This document shows, piece after piece, positions 15,999 through 23,664 of a stretch of 64,000 nucleotides of DNA. The DNA comes from a bacterium (lineage in GTDB: Bacteria > Oederibacteriota > JAJYGY01 > DAIDJD01), in contig DATHOE010000037.1 in the NCBI GenBank assembly GCA_035485275.1, positions 8,701-72,700 of the forward strand, given 5' to 3'. The translations under genes and the position numbers were made by a program. The first letter of the stretch is position 1. The number at the start of each line of letters is the position of its first letter. The notes under the pieces were generated by a model, which searched no databases, was not told the DNA's origin, and saw nothing but the letters and a program-made list of their open reading frames with translations.

Positions 15999-18343
15999 AC
16001 CAAGGAACTGGATCTTCGCGGATTTTGGAATCGATTTCGGCGCTTGATCCGGTGTGCGGCATGAGCGTGGACGTGGCATCGCCCAAGGGCGGGAGCCACG
16101 TCCACGCCGGCCGGACCTATTATTTTTGCAGCGACCATTGCCGCGTCCAATTCGCGGCAGATCCGATCGGTTATTTGGACGGCACGCTTCCTGAAAGCTC
16201 CGATCCCGATGCCATATACACCTGCCCTATGGACCCCGAGATCGAACAAAAGGGGCCCGGTTCCTGTCCGATCTGCGGCATGGCCCTGGAACCCAAGGAT
16301 CCGGCGAGCGTCGACGGAGGGGCCACGCTGAAGGCCGCCCGCAGCCGTTTTCTGCTCAGCGCCCTGTTGGCCGCGCCCCTTGCCGGCCTGGTGATGACGC
16401 AGGAATGGACGGGCTGGCACTGGCCGGCCAGCCCATACGGACGACTGCTTCAGGCCGCCTTGGCCCTTCCGGTGGTGGCTTGGGCGGGCGCTCCCGTTTT
16501 TTCAAAGGCCGCCACCAGCCTCCGTACCCGCAAACTCAACATGTACACCCTCATCGGGCTGGGAACGGGTATGGCCTTGCTTTATAGCCTGGCGGCCCTG
16601 GCGATTCCGGGCGCTTTTCCCTCCGCGTTTTGGCGGCGAGGCCCGGACGGTCCCCAACTGCCCATGTATTTCGAGGCCGCGGCCGTGATCACGGCCCTGG
16701 TCTTGTTGGGGGAATGGCTGGAGCTGCGCGCACGGGGCCAAACCTCCCAGGCTCTCAAAGCCTTGTTGGACCTTCAGGCCCGCACGGCTCGGCGCCTGGA
16801 AGCGGACGGTTCCGAGAGCGAGGTCGACCTCGCTTTGGTTCGGCCGGGCGAGCGTCTGCGCGTGCGTCCCGGAGAGACCGTTCCCGTGGATGGGGAGGTC
16901 TTGGAGGGCCTAAGCTGGGTGGATGAGAGCCGGATGTCCGGCGAGAGCGAGCCGCTGGCCAAGGAGGCCGGGGACGAGGTGCTTGGAGGCACCCTCAACG
17001 GGCAGGGAAGCTTCGTCATGGAGGCCCGCCGGGTGGGCAGGGACAGCCTGCTGGGCCGCATCGTGGCCCAGGTGGCCGAAGCCCAACGCAGCCGCGCGCC
17101 CATCCAAAGGTCGGTGGACCGCGTTTCGGCCGTCTTTGTGCCGGCGGTGGTGGCTTGCGCGGCTGCCAGTTTCATGGTCTGGGCTTTGTGGGGGCCTGAG
17201 CCGCGCCTGGCCATGGCCCTGCTCAACGCCGTGACCGTGCTCATCGTGGCCTGCCCCTGCGCCCTTGGACTGGCCACGCCGATGAGCGTCATGGTGGGCA
17301 TGGGGCGGGCGGCCCAGATGGGGGTATTGTTCCGCGATGCCGAGGCCTTGCAGGCACTGGGAACCGTGGACGTCCTTTGCCTGGACAAAACCGGCACCCT
17401 CACAGAAGGCCGGCCGGCCCTGACTGCCGTTGTAGCTGGGGAAGGCTTGTCCGAAGCGGAATTGCTGGCCCTGGCGGCTGGTTTGGAGCGCCACAGCGAA
17501 CATCCCCTGGCCCGGGCGGTGCTGGAAGCGGCCCAGATGCGCGGATTGTCGCCCCGGCCCTGCGAAGGCTTTTTGTCCGTCGCCGGCCAGGGTGTGGAGG
17601 GGAAAGTGCCGGGCCTGAGCGGAGGCGAAAACCTGGCCGGGGAAGGCCGTTTGCGTATAGGAACCGCCGCCTTCTGCGGTATTAGTGATTTTGCCTGGCT
17701 GGAACGCGCTGAGAGCCTGCGCGCGGAGGGGGCCACGGTCTTTTTCGTGGAACTAGAGGGGCGCACGCTGGGTTTGCTTGCGGTCGCAGATCCGGTCCGC
17801 GCCACGGCCCAGGAGGCCCTGTCCAGGCTCCAAGAGGCTGGATTGCGTTTGATCGTTCTCAGCGGCGACGCTGAAGGCACGGTAAAGGCCGTGGGCAGGC
17901 GAATGGGCCTGACGGAATTGAAGGCCGGGCTTTCTCCCCTTGATAAGGCCGAAGCCGTGCGGAGCCTGCAGTCCGAGGGTTGCCGGGTTGCCATGGCGGG
18001 TGATGGAGTCAACGACGCTCCGGCTTTGGCTGCAGCAACCGTGGGCATCGCCATGGGCACCGGGACGGATGCGGCTAAACTGAGCGCCGGTGTTACCCTC
18101 ATTCGCCCCGACCTAAGGGGCATTCTGAGAGCCCGGTCCTTGTCGAGGGCTGTGCTGCGCAATATCAGCCAGAACCTGTGGTGGGCCTTGCTCTACAACT
18201 CCCTGGGCGTGCCCATCGCGGCCGGCTTGCTTTATCCGTTCACGGGGATGCTGCTCAGTCCTATGTATGCGGCAGCGGCCATGAGCTTGAGTTCATTGTG
18301 TGTCGTGGGCAACGCGCTGAGGCTGAGGCGCTTTGAGAATTGA
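15995..18343 (+). CDS. copA: Copper-translocating P1B-type ATPase with N-terminal TRASH/YHS metal-binding domain
   Basis: Motifs DPVCGM (TRASH/YHS), CPICGM, CPC (ACPCALGLATP), DKTGT, GDGVNDAP. TTG start overlaps the VOC stop (TTGA). Confidence 0.9.
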   Translation: MNQGTGSSRILESISALDPVCGMSVDVASPKGGSHVHAGRTYYFCSDHCRVQFAADPIGYLDGTLPESSDPDAIYTCPMDPEIEQKGPGSCPICGMALEPKDPASVDGGATLKAARSRFLLSALLAAPLAGLVMTQEWTGWHWPASPYGRLLQAALALPVVAWAGAPVFSKAATSLRTRKLNMYTLIGLGTGMALLYSLAALAIPGAFPSAFWRRGPDGPQLPMYFEAAAVITALVLLGEWLELRARGQTSQALKALLDLQARTARRLEADGSESEVDLALVRPGERLRVRPGETVPVDGEVLEGLSWVDESRMSGESEPLAKEAGDEVLGGTLNGQGSFVMEARRVGRDSLLGRIVAQVAEAQRSRAPIQRSVDRVSAVFVPAVVACAAASFMVWALWGPEPRLAMALLNAVTVLIVACPCALGLATPMSVMVGMGRAAQMGVLFRDAEALQALGTVDVLCLDKTGTLTEGRPALTAVVAGEGLSEAELLALAAGLERHSEHPLARAVLEAAQMRGLSPRPCEGFLSVAGQGVEGKVPGLSGGENLAGEGRLRIGTAAFCGISDFAWLERAESLRAEGATVFFVELEGRTLGLLAVADPVRATAQEALSRLQEAGLRLIVLSGDAEGTVKAVGRRMGLTELKAGLSPLDKAEAVRSLQSEGCRVAMAGDGVNDAPALAAATVGIAMGTGTDAAKLSAGVTLIRPDLRGILRARSLSRAVLRNISQNLWWALLYNSLGVPIAAGLLYPFTGMLLSPMYAAAAMSLSSLCVVGNALRLRRFEN

Positions 18344-18393
18344 AGCTGTTCGATGTTTCCCGCCGTCCTATTCACACAAAAATTTAGAAACGA

Positions 18394-18415
18394 CCTATTT
18401 TTTTAAAAAAATAGG
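18394..18415. repeat. Perfect 22-bp AT palindrome CCTATTTTTTTAAAAAAATAGG
   Basis: Lies between the converging copA (+) and XRE (-) genes, at the left edge of the low-GC island. Confidence 0.5.
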
Positions 18416-18474
18416 GAGTTCGGGTGTATGGAAGGGAACAAGATTTAATACCAGGCAAGAAAGATTGATGGGAC

Positions 18475-18786
18475 TCAGAGGTCCTGCCAGGTTTGGATGA
18501 AGTCAGGCTTCTGTCCCAGGAGCCTAATTAGGCGGCTTGCCACCCCATCAGGACGACGGACACCGCGTTCCCAGGCCGTGACACTGTGGGAGCTCACACC
18601 AACCAGATCCGCGAAGCGCGCCTGGGACACGTTCATGCCCTTGCGCGTAGCCTTGACCTCAGCGGGGCTGGCGGGGAGGCGGTCAGATGCGGATTTTCCT
18701 CTGGCCACAACTTGGCTCATTGCGGCGATTGGGCCTGATTCATTTCCTGTAATGGTGGCGGCTTCTTTCATGCTTAGCTTTGGCAT
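18475..18786 (-). CDS. XRE-family HTH protein (HigA/antitoxin-like), orphan
   Basis: C-terminal HTH MNVSQARFADLVGVSSHSVTAWERG. Strong RBS AGGAGG. No partner toxin ORF is detectable upstream. Confidence 0.6.
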   Translation of the reverse strand: MPKLSMKEAATITGNESGPIAAMSQVVARGKSASDRLPASPAEVKATRKGMNVSQARFADLVGVSSHSVTAWERGVRRPDGVASRLIRLLGQKPDFIQTWQDL

Positions 18787-19040
18787 GGCATCCTCCTGTC
18801 AGGTACAGTGTTGAATCTAAGGCTCTCCTATTTTGAGCAAAAGTTGTGCTATAATTTCAGACTAACGTTTTTCTTATAGATAAAATAGCATAATAACAGG
18901 TCATATTATACATAAAACAGAGTCAATAGTTATACTTTGTATATATAAATGTACAAAAATTATAATTATGTATAAATTATATATATTTATAGTGCATACA
19001 AAAAACGAACTAAATTTTTTGGACTGTTTCGTTCGAAACA

Positions 19041-19142
19041 ATGCCCTCGAAAAGGTCAAAGTTAACAGAGGGGCAGATCACCGACGTGCTCAAGCAAGCC
19101 CAAACTGTTATTCTTGCGGTCGAGACAATTCGCAAGTTTTGA
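19041..19142 (+). pseudogene. Relic of IS3-family transposase OrfA N-terminus (33 codons)
   Basis: MPSKRSKLTEGQITDVLKQAQ... resembles IS3/IS407 OrfA N-termini (MPRKRYSAEQIIAKLREAE...). Truncated by an in-frame stop. Sits in AT-rich DNA downstream of an extended -10 (TGcTATAAT at ~18846). Confidence 0.3.
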
Positions 19143-19436
19143 ATGAGCAAGATGACGCTTTGCGAGAATGCTCGGGGGTATATTTGGGTGGTTTCCGGGC
19201 ACTCTTTTTGGCGGGCTTGGTTGTCTTGAACTTTGACTTTTTGGTCAGGCCAGCCGGGGTTTTTCACCCATTGCCCCACGGTCACCGGACGGCCTTTCTG
19301 CGCTTCGTAGAAGGCCATTCGGGTCCCCTTTAGGTCGCCTTCGCCCTTGAGCATCGCTTTTAATTGTTAACGTTAAACATGACAACTTTCGCAAGTCAAT
19401 TTTCAATCGATACAGTCAATGTGCTGTTATGGCGTC

Positions 19437-19474
19437 GAGAGCAAAAGGGCGTAGGACTAAAATTCTTACGCCCC
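19437..19474 (-). terminator. Intrinsic terminator of the low-GC two-gene operon
   Basis: On the minus strand, GGGCGTAAGAATTTTAGTCCTACGCCC followed by TTTTGCTCTC, immediately after the 19502 stop. Confidence 0.55.
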
Positions 19475-19501
19475 GTAGTTAGATTTATGAGCCGGGAAAT
19501 T

Positions 19502-20299
19502 TTAAAACGTCGTCGAAAGTAGTGTAATGTGTGGCTCGAGATTTTGAGCAAAATTCACTTGGGGAATTTGCCAAGATACCTGTTTGTCTTCAATGTGTAT
19601 TAATCCTGAGTCGTCCATTGTTCTCCGGTTACGATTTTTTCCAATGTGCCATAAGATTAAACCAGTAATTCCGTCGGCAGCTCCGAGGGAAGCAATGAGA
19701 ATGCCATAATCCTCCAAGTTCGCACCATTTGCTTCATTGGTCGCATCTGTATCAGCCGCAATATAGTTGCCGTCGCTTAAGTCAGTGCTATAAGAATCAG
19801 CTGCGCTCTGATAACTGTTAATTCCAGAGCCCGCCATAATTACTCCGCCAACAGTTGCAGCTAATCCAGTCCAAAACATGATCCTACCAGTTGAGACCAT
19901 TCCTGAATTTGGTAATGTGTTTTCATTATTTATTATTTCGTAATTTTTTTGATATTTTTTATGATGATAATTTTTTTTAATAATTTCAGAATCATAGGAA
20001 TCATCAGGATCATCGGTATAGTCTTTGAGAGATATACGTTTTCCTTCAGAATCAAATACCTTTTCAATTTTTGTCATGGAAATTTCCTTAATATCGCCAT
20101 TGGGGGATTTCAACGTCACGCCTGTAAGATCAATGCCAATCAAGATTCCAGTTATACCCCCTCCGTCATTTACCAATATCACAGTGACGGATTGGTTTGC
20201 TAATCCATCAGCGGTCAAGTTAAGTGATAGAATAAATGCCAGAATAAAAAAGCAAGCAAACAAAAAATTACTTTGTTTTTTGACTAGTTCTATATTCAT
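19502..20299 (-). CDS. Hypothetical membrane protein (signal/TM1 + two C-terminal TM helices), low GC
   Basis: About 35% GC. N-terminal hydrophobic segment FLFACFFILAFILSL and TM segments GRIMFWTGLAATVGGVIMAG and GILIASLGAADGITGLILW. No recognisable domain. Confidence 0.5.
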   Translation of the reverse strand: MNIELVKKQSNFLFACFFILAFILSLNLTADGLANQSVTVILVNDGGGITGILIGIDLTGVTLKSPNGDIKEISMTKIEKVFDSEGKRISLKDYTDDPDDSYDSEIIKKNYHHKKYQKNYEIINNENTLPNSGMVSTGRIMFWTGLAATVGGVIMAGSGINSYQSAADSYSTDLSDGNYIAADTDATNEANGANLEDYGILIASLGAADGITGLILWHIGKNRNRRTMDDSGLIHIEDKQVSWQIPQVNFAQNLEPHITLLSTTF

Positions 20300-20367
20300 A
20301 GTATTCCTTAAGTTGGAGTATTATTGATGAATCTATTTCGTATTTTTATATTTGTATTCCTGCTAGG

Positions 20368-20823
20368 TTAATCAATCCAATAACCGTAACCATTCCCAAT
20401 ACAGCCAAAATGCAATTCGTTGCAACACGATGAAGATGCAGACGAAGAACTTATGACAGCTGCAGTGGAATAATTGCAGCCATTTAATGTTACTGTATGA
20501 GCATAATTAGATGCATAAGGGCCAACCGCATATGCGGTTCCACCAGAAAGTGTAATTGGAATGCCGCTATCAACTTGAAATACTACAGAGGTGCAGTCTG
20601 ACGCATTTTGAATTAAAAACCAATTTCCCGAAGTTGGAAACGTGTTAAGAAATACATTACTGAAGTTTGCCGAACAAGATTGAGATACAGGCGTTGGGTT
20701 GCTGTTGGGGTTAAAAGGATTGTTGGCATGGTTACAGCTGAGACAGAAACCTACAACTATGAAAATTAGATAGTAAAAAAATGCGGGGGATTCCACCTGT
20801 TCTAGCACAATTTTTTTCCGCAT
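20368..20823 (-). CDS. Hypothetical Cys-rich secreted/lipoprotein-like protein, low GC
   Basis: Signal peptide FFYYLIFIVVGFCLSC. Mature part carries ~9 Cys and is Ser/Asn/Thr-rich. Co-oriented with 19502..20299 and 68 nt upstream of it. Confidence 0.45.
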   Translation of the reverse strand: MRKKIVLEQVESPAFFYYLIFIVVGFCLSCNHANNPFNPNSNPTPVSQSCSANFSNVFLNTFPTSGNWFLIQNASDCTSVVFQVDSGIPITLSGGTAYAVGPYASNYAHTVTLNGCNYSTAAVISSSSASSSCCNELHFGCIGNGYGYWID

Positions 20824-20924
20824 TGCCCAGTCACCCCCAAGCTTCGAGAACCAAAAGTTTTGAAAAGTATATCAAATACGTATTTGTGGGTCAAAATTAA
20901 AGTGAGGCAGTGACTAGGATGGTC

Positions 20925-20952
20925 TTGACATGCTCATCATATATGATGTAAT
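20925..20952 (+). promoter_or_regulatory. Sigma70-like promoter (TTGACA-16-TGTAAT) with embedded 14-bp perfect palindrome CATCATATATGATG
   Basis: -35 at 20925-30, -10 at 20947-52. The palindrome at 20935-48 overlaps the spacer and -10, as a classic autoregulatory toxin-antitoxin operator would. RBS GGGGGA 5 nt before ATG 20967. Confidence 0.6.
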
Positions 20953-20966
20953 TTATTGGGGGATCG

Positions 20967-21278
20967 ATGCAAAGACGTTACGATACATCCGAAAGCCAGA
21001 GAATGGTGAATACCATCCTCACTGGTCAGGAATGGGATTCGCTGGACATCCAACTTACTTGTATCGACCGAGGTTTGGGAATGTTCGGTCGAAGGGATAT
21101 CCGCATCGAGGCCGCGAAGAGAACGATCATAATTACGGTCTATGTTTCTTCGCAGCTTGATGCGATCTATGTCTTGGGCTATCACCTAGAAAGGAAAGGT
21201 GAGCCGACTGACAACCAGAGGATGCGAATTGTCGAGTATATTGCTGAGATTCAGGCCCTTGAAAAAAATAGGAGCTGA
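20967..21278 (+). CDS. Type II toxin, Gp49/HigB-like (RelE/ParE superfamily)
   Basis: ~100 aa, with ..RTIIITVYV..AIYVLGYHLERKGEPTD..RIVEYIAEI resembling the Gp49/HigB pattern (..IILLHGFiKKtqKTP..eie.A). Immediately followed by an XRE antitoxin gene. Confidence 0.55.
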   Translation: MQRRYDTSESQRMVNTILTGQEWDSLDIQLTCIDRGLGMFGRRDIRIEAAKRTIIITVYVSSQLDAIYVLGYHLERKGEPTDNQRMRIVEYIAEIQALEKNRS

Positions 21279-21279
21279 C

Positions 21280-21633
21280 ATGAAGACCTCTGTTTTGGAA
21301 AGGGAACATAAAGGTGCAAGCAAGCTGGCGCCCAGCATCTTCGATCCCAGTTGGCAAGGAACAGATGAAGATACTCTGTTTAAAAAAAATAGGCCTGATC
21401 TATTTGGACAGAAGAAAAAACCAAGTGAAAAGCATCGACTGGCCCGACAACTCTTTACGTTACGCAAGGCCGCTGGACTTTCCCAAGGCCAGATAGCCAA
21501 GAGGGCGGGCATAGGATCAGCCACTTATCAACGTATTGAGGAGTGTCAGCCGGTGGCCAATCCCGGCCTGGATATTCTTGTTAAGCTGGCCCGCGCTTTT
21601 GGCGTCGACATTCAAAGTCTTTTCCCCAAATAG
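21280..21633 (+). CDS. XRE-family HTH antitoxin (HigA-like)
   Basis: HTH LRKAAGLSQGQIAKRAGIGSATYQRIEEC. Starts 2 nt after the toxin stop. Confidence 0.65.
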   Translation: MKTSVLEREHKGASKLAPSIFDPSWQGTDEDTLFKKNRPDLFGQKKKPSEKHRLARQLFTLRKAAGLSQGQIAKRAGIGSATYQRIEECQPVANPGLDILVKLARAFGVDIQSLFPK

Positions 21634-21786
21634 ATCTTTTGACGCTCTATGGTTTTCGTAGATTCTTGCTGGATTGAGACACTTCAGGCAAAGTCCGGCT
21701 AATGTTCAGAATGTAGGGAATAAAGGCATCCAGAGGTACATTCTATAGTGAGATTTCATACGCATGAGAGCCGGAGGTATGCATTC

Positions 21787-21963
21787 ATGAAGAAAAAGCC
21801 CTTTAAAGTGCTTCAATGGGCCCTGTTCCTGGTAGGACTCTCTGTCATCTGTGCCGGATGTTTCTGGGGCTACGGAGGCCGTGGCTATCATGACGGTCGC
21901 GGTGGTTGGAGAGGCGATGGAGACAGAGGCGGTTACGGACACGATGGCGGTTACGGCCGTTAG
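21787..21963 (+). CDS. Small secreted Gly/Arg/Tyr/Asp-rich peptide (58 aa)
   Basis: MKKKPFKVLQWALFLVGLSVICAGC signal peptide, then the low-complexity stretch FWGYGGRGYHDGRGGWRGDGDRGGYGHDGGYGR. RBS GGAGG upstream and its own terminator downstream. Confidence 0.4.
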   Translation: MKKKPFKVLQWALFLVGLSVICAGCFWGYGGRGYHDGRGGWRGDGDRGGYGHDGGYGR

Positions 21964-21973
21964 GGCCGTCGTT

Positions 21974-22020
21974 AAACCGGGTCATGCGTCCGTCCCTTGG
22001 GAAGCATGACTCGGTTTTTA
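21974..22020 (+). terminator. Intrinsic terminator
   Basis: AAACCGGGTCATGC...GCATGACTCGGTTT stem (one G-U pair) followed by TTTTT. Confidence 0.6.
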
Positions 22021-22144
22021 GCGACCCTGGGGGGCCGCTGTACGCCTCCCTTTTTTCCATTACTTAGTTAACCTCGTCTTAACGATTTTTTCCGCGTCTT
22101 TTGGTACCATCAATCCCTTTGATGCCCTAAGACCCAGGATAGCC

Positions 22145-23485
22145 ATGCCCCCCGTTTTTAAAGCTCCTAAACTCCCTTTGGCCGTTCTGTGCCTGTTCTT
22201 GTCCGCCCCAGTGGGACTGGCGGCTGATACCGCCATTGCCGCCCCGTCCGACGCGTGGTGGTCTGCCCACGGCCAGACCACCGCCATCGCGCAATACCAT
22301 CCCCCCTTTTACGCCCGATACAGCGGCGCCAACAGCCTCGGCGACGGGAATCAATTCGATCCGTCTTTCACCGTCACACTTTTCCTTGGCGCCCGGATTA
22401 TGCCGGGCTTGGAAGCATATCTAGATCCGGAATTGAGCGCAGGCAGCGGGTTCAGCGGCACAACGGGCCTGGCGGACTTTCCCAATGGTGAGATCTCCAA
22501 GGTGGGTTCCCCACGCCCAGCGGTCAAGGTCGCCCGCGCATACCTTCAGTGGGAGCTCGGCTTTGGGGGTCCCACGGAGACCCTTGCGAGCGCGGCCAAC
22601 CAGGTTCCAGAGACCAGGGACCTGTCCCGTCTGACGCTTTTGGCGGGGAAGTTCAGCCTTTCTGATTTTTTTGACGTCAATTCCTATGCCCAGGACGCGC
22701 GCAGCCAGTTCCTGAACACGGGACTGATCGATAACGGCGCCTGGGACTTCGCGGCGGACACCTTCGGCTACACGGACGGCCTCTATGCGGAGCTGAATCA
22801 GCGGGCCTGGGCCCTGCGTTTCGCCGAGGTTCAGGAGCCGGCGGTTGCCAATGGCGCTGTGCTGGACAGCGACCTGGAGCACGCCCATTCCGAAAATCTC
22901 GAAGCGGAGGGGCGTTGGTGGGCATGGACGCATCCCGGTAAGTTGCGTTTTTTGACCTTCTGGAACCGGGCCGACATGGGTAACTACCGCGTGAGCCTGG
23001 CCGCGCCTGCCTCGGACGGGGTCAACATCCACGATTCCGAGGTGCCCGGTACCCTTAAGTACGGATTCGGCCTGAATTTGGAACAGGAGATCACGGCCAG
23101 CCTGGGCCTGTTTTCGCGAGTGGGATGGAACAACGGCCAGACCGAAACTTGGGCTTTCATGGAAATCGACCAGGACGCAAGCGTCGGGTGTCAGTTGCAA
23201 GGCGACGCATGGGGCAGGCCCCAGGACCATTGCGGCCTGGCCTACGTGATCAGCGGACTGTCCGCGCCCCATTTGGAGTACCTGGCCGCTGGAGGCTACG
23301 GTTTCATCATAGGAGACGGGGCTTTGGACTACGCCCCGGAACAGGTCATTGAGACCTACTATTCCTGGTGCCCGGTGGATGGTCTGACTCTAAGCCCGGA
23401 TTACCAGTTTTTTGACCATCCTGCCTACAACCAGGCACGTGGACCTGTGGACGTATTTTCGTTGAGAATTCACTACGAACTTTGA
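22145..23485 (+). CDS. Carbohydrate-selective porin, OprB family
   Basis: Signal peptide. OprB-like features (..AQYHPPFYARYSGANSL.., ..QWELGFGGP.., C-terminal ..RIHYEL). Confidence 0.75.
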   Translation: MPPVFKAPKLPLAVLCLFLSAPVGLAADTAIAAPSDAWWSAHGQTTAIAQYHPPFYARYSGANSLGDGNQFDPSFTVTLFLGARIMPGLEAYLDPELSAGSGFSGTTGLADFPNGEISKVGSPRPAVKVARAYLQWELGFGGPTETLASAANQVPETRDLSRLTLLAGKFSLSDFFDVNSYAQDARSQFLNTGLIDNGAWDFAADTFGYTDGLYAELNQRAWALRFAEVQEPAVANGAVLDSDLEHAHSENLEAEGRWWAWTHPGKLRFLTFWNRADMGNYRVSLAAPASDGVNIHDSEVPGTLKYGFGLNLEQEITASLGLFSRVGWNNGQTETWAFMEIDQDASVGCQLQGDAWGRPQDHCGLAYVISGLSAPHLEYLAAGGYGFIIGDGALDYAPEQVIETYYSWCPVDGLTLSPDYQFFDHPAYNQARGPVDVFSLRIHYEL

Positions 23486-23664
23486 TTCGATGGGGGCGCA
23501 GGTTCGATGGGGTTTTACCAAAATAGTTAAAGTTTTAGTTTTTTAGAACGTGATTTAATATTAAAAAACATGAATTTTCGTATAAAGTCTAAGAACTTTC
23601 GCTAAGCTGGGCCTTGGCTCCGAAGCCAGAACCAAAGCGCCGCCCTTGCATTGTGGAGCAGACC

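Noticed and set aside
15348-16079. 243-aa ORF on the minus strand opposite the VOC gene
   Set aside because: It is the complement of the Lys-codon-rich tail (AAG/AAA read as Leu/Phe) and has no start context. The plus-strand VOC gene has a domain signature and coupling to copA.
16774-18162. 462-aa antisense ORF inside copA, and many similar long ORFs (e.g. 3253..4605, 4770..6140, 5918..7108, 6354..7349, 12267..13478, 25081..26538, 56881..58662, 58463..60100)
   Set aside because: Typical stop-codon-poor antisense or shifted frames of high-GC DNA. Their translations are Arg/Pro/Gly/Ala-rich with no domain patterns, and they overlap well-supported genes.
18850-19010. AT-rich low-complexity tract considered as a possible CRISPR leader/array or iteron-based origin
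   Set aside because: No regularly spaced identical repeats of 24-48 bp and no cas genes. Repeats are short, degenerate (tgtata/ataaat) and irregular.
19010-19354. 114-aa minus-strand ORF (MLKGEGDLKGTRMAFYEAQKGRPVTVGQWV...)
   Set aside because: The protein-like N-terminal part runs into translated AT-rich intergenic sequence. There is no RBS and no recognisable domain, so it is likely a spurious or degraded remnant in the IS-scar region.
23486-23515. Tandem TTCGATGGGG direct repeat after the porin stop, briefly considered as a tRNA/T-arm-like element
   Set aside because: No cloverleaf can be drawn and there is no acceptor stem or anticodon arm. It is just a short direct repeat in the 3' UTR.
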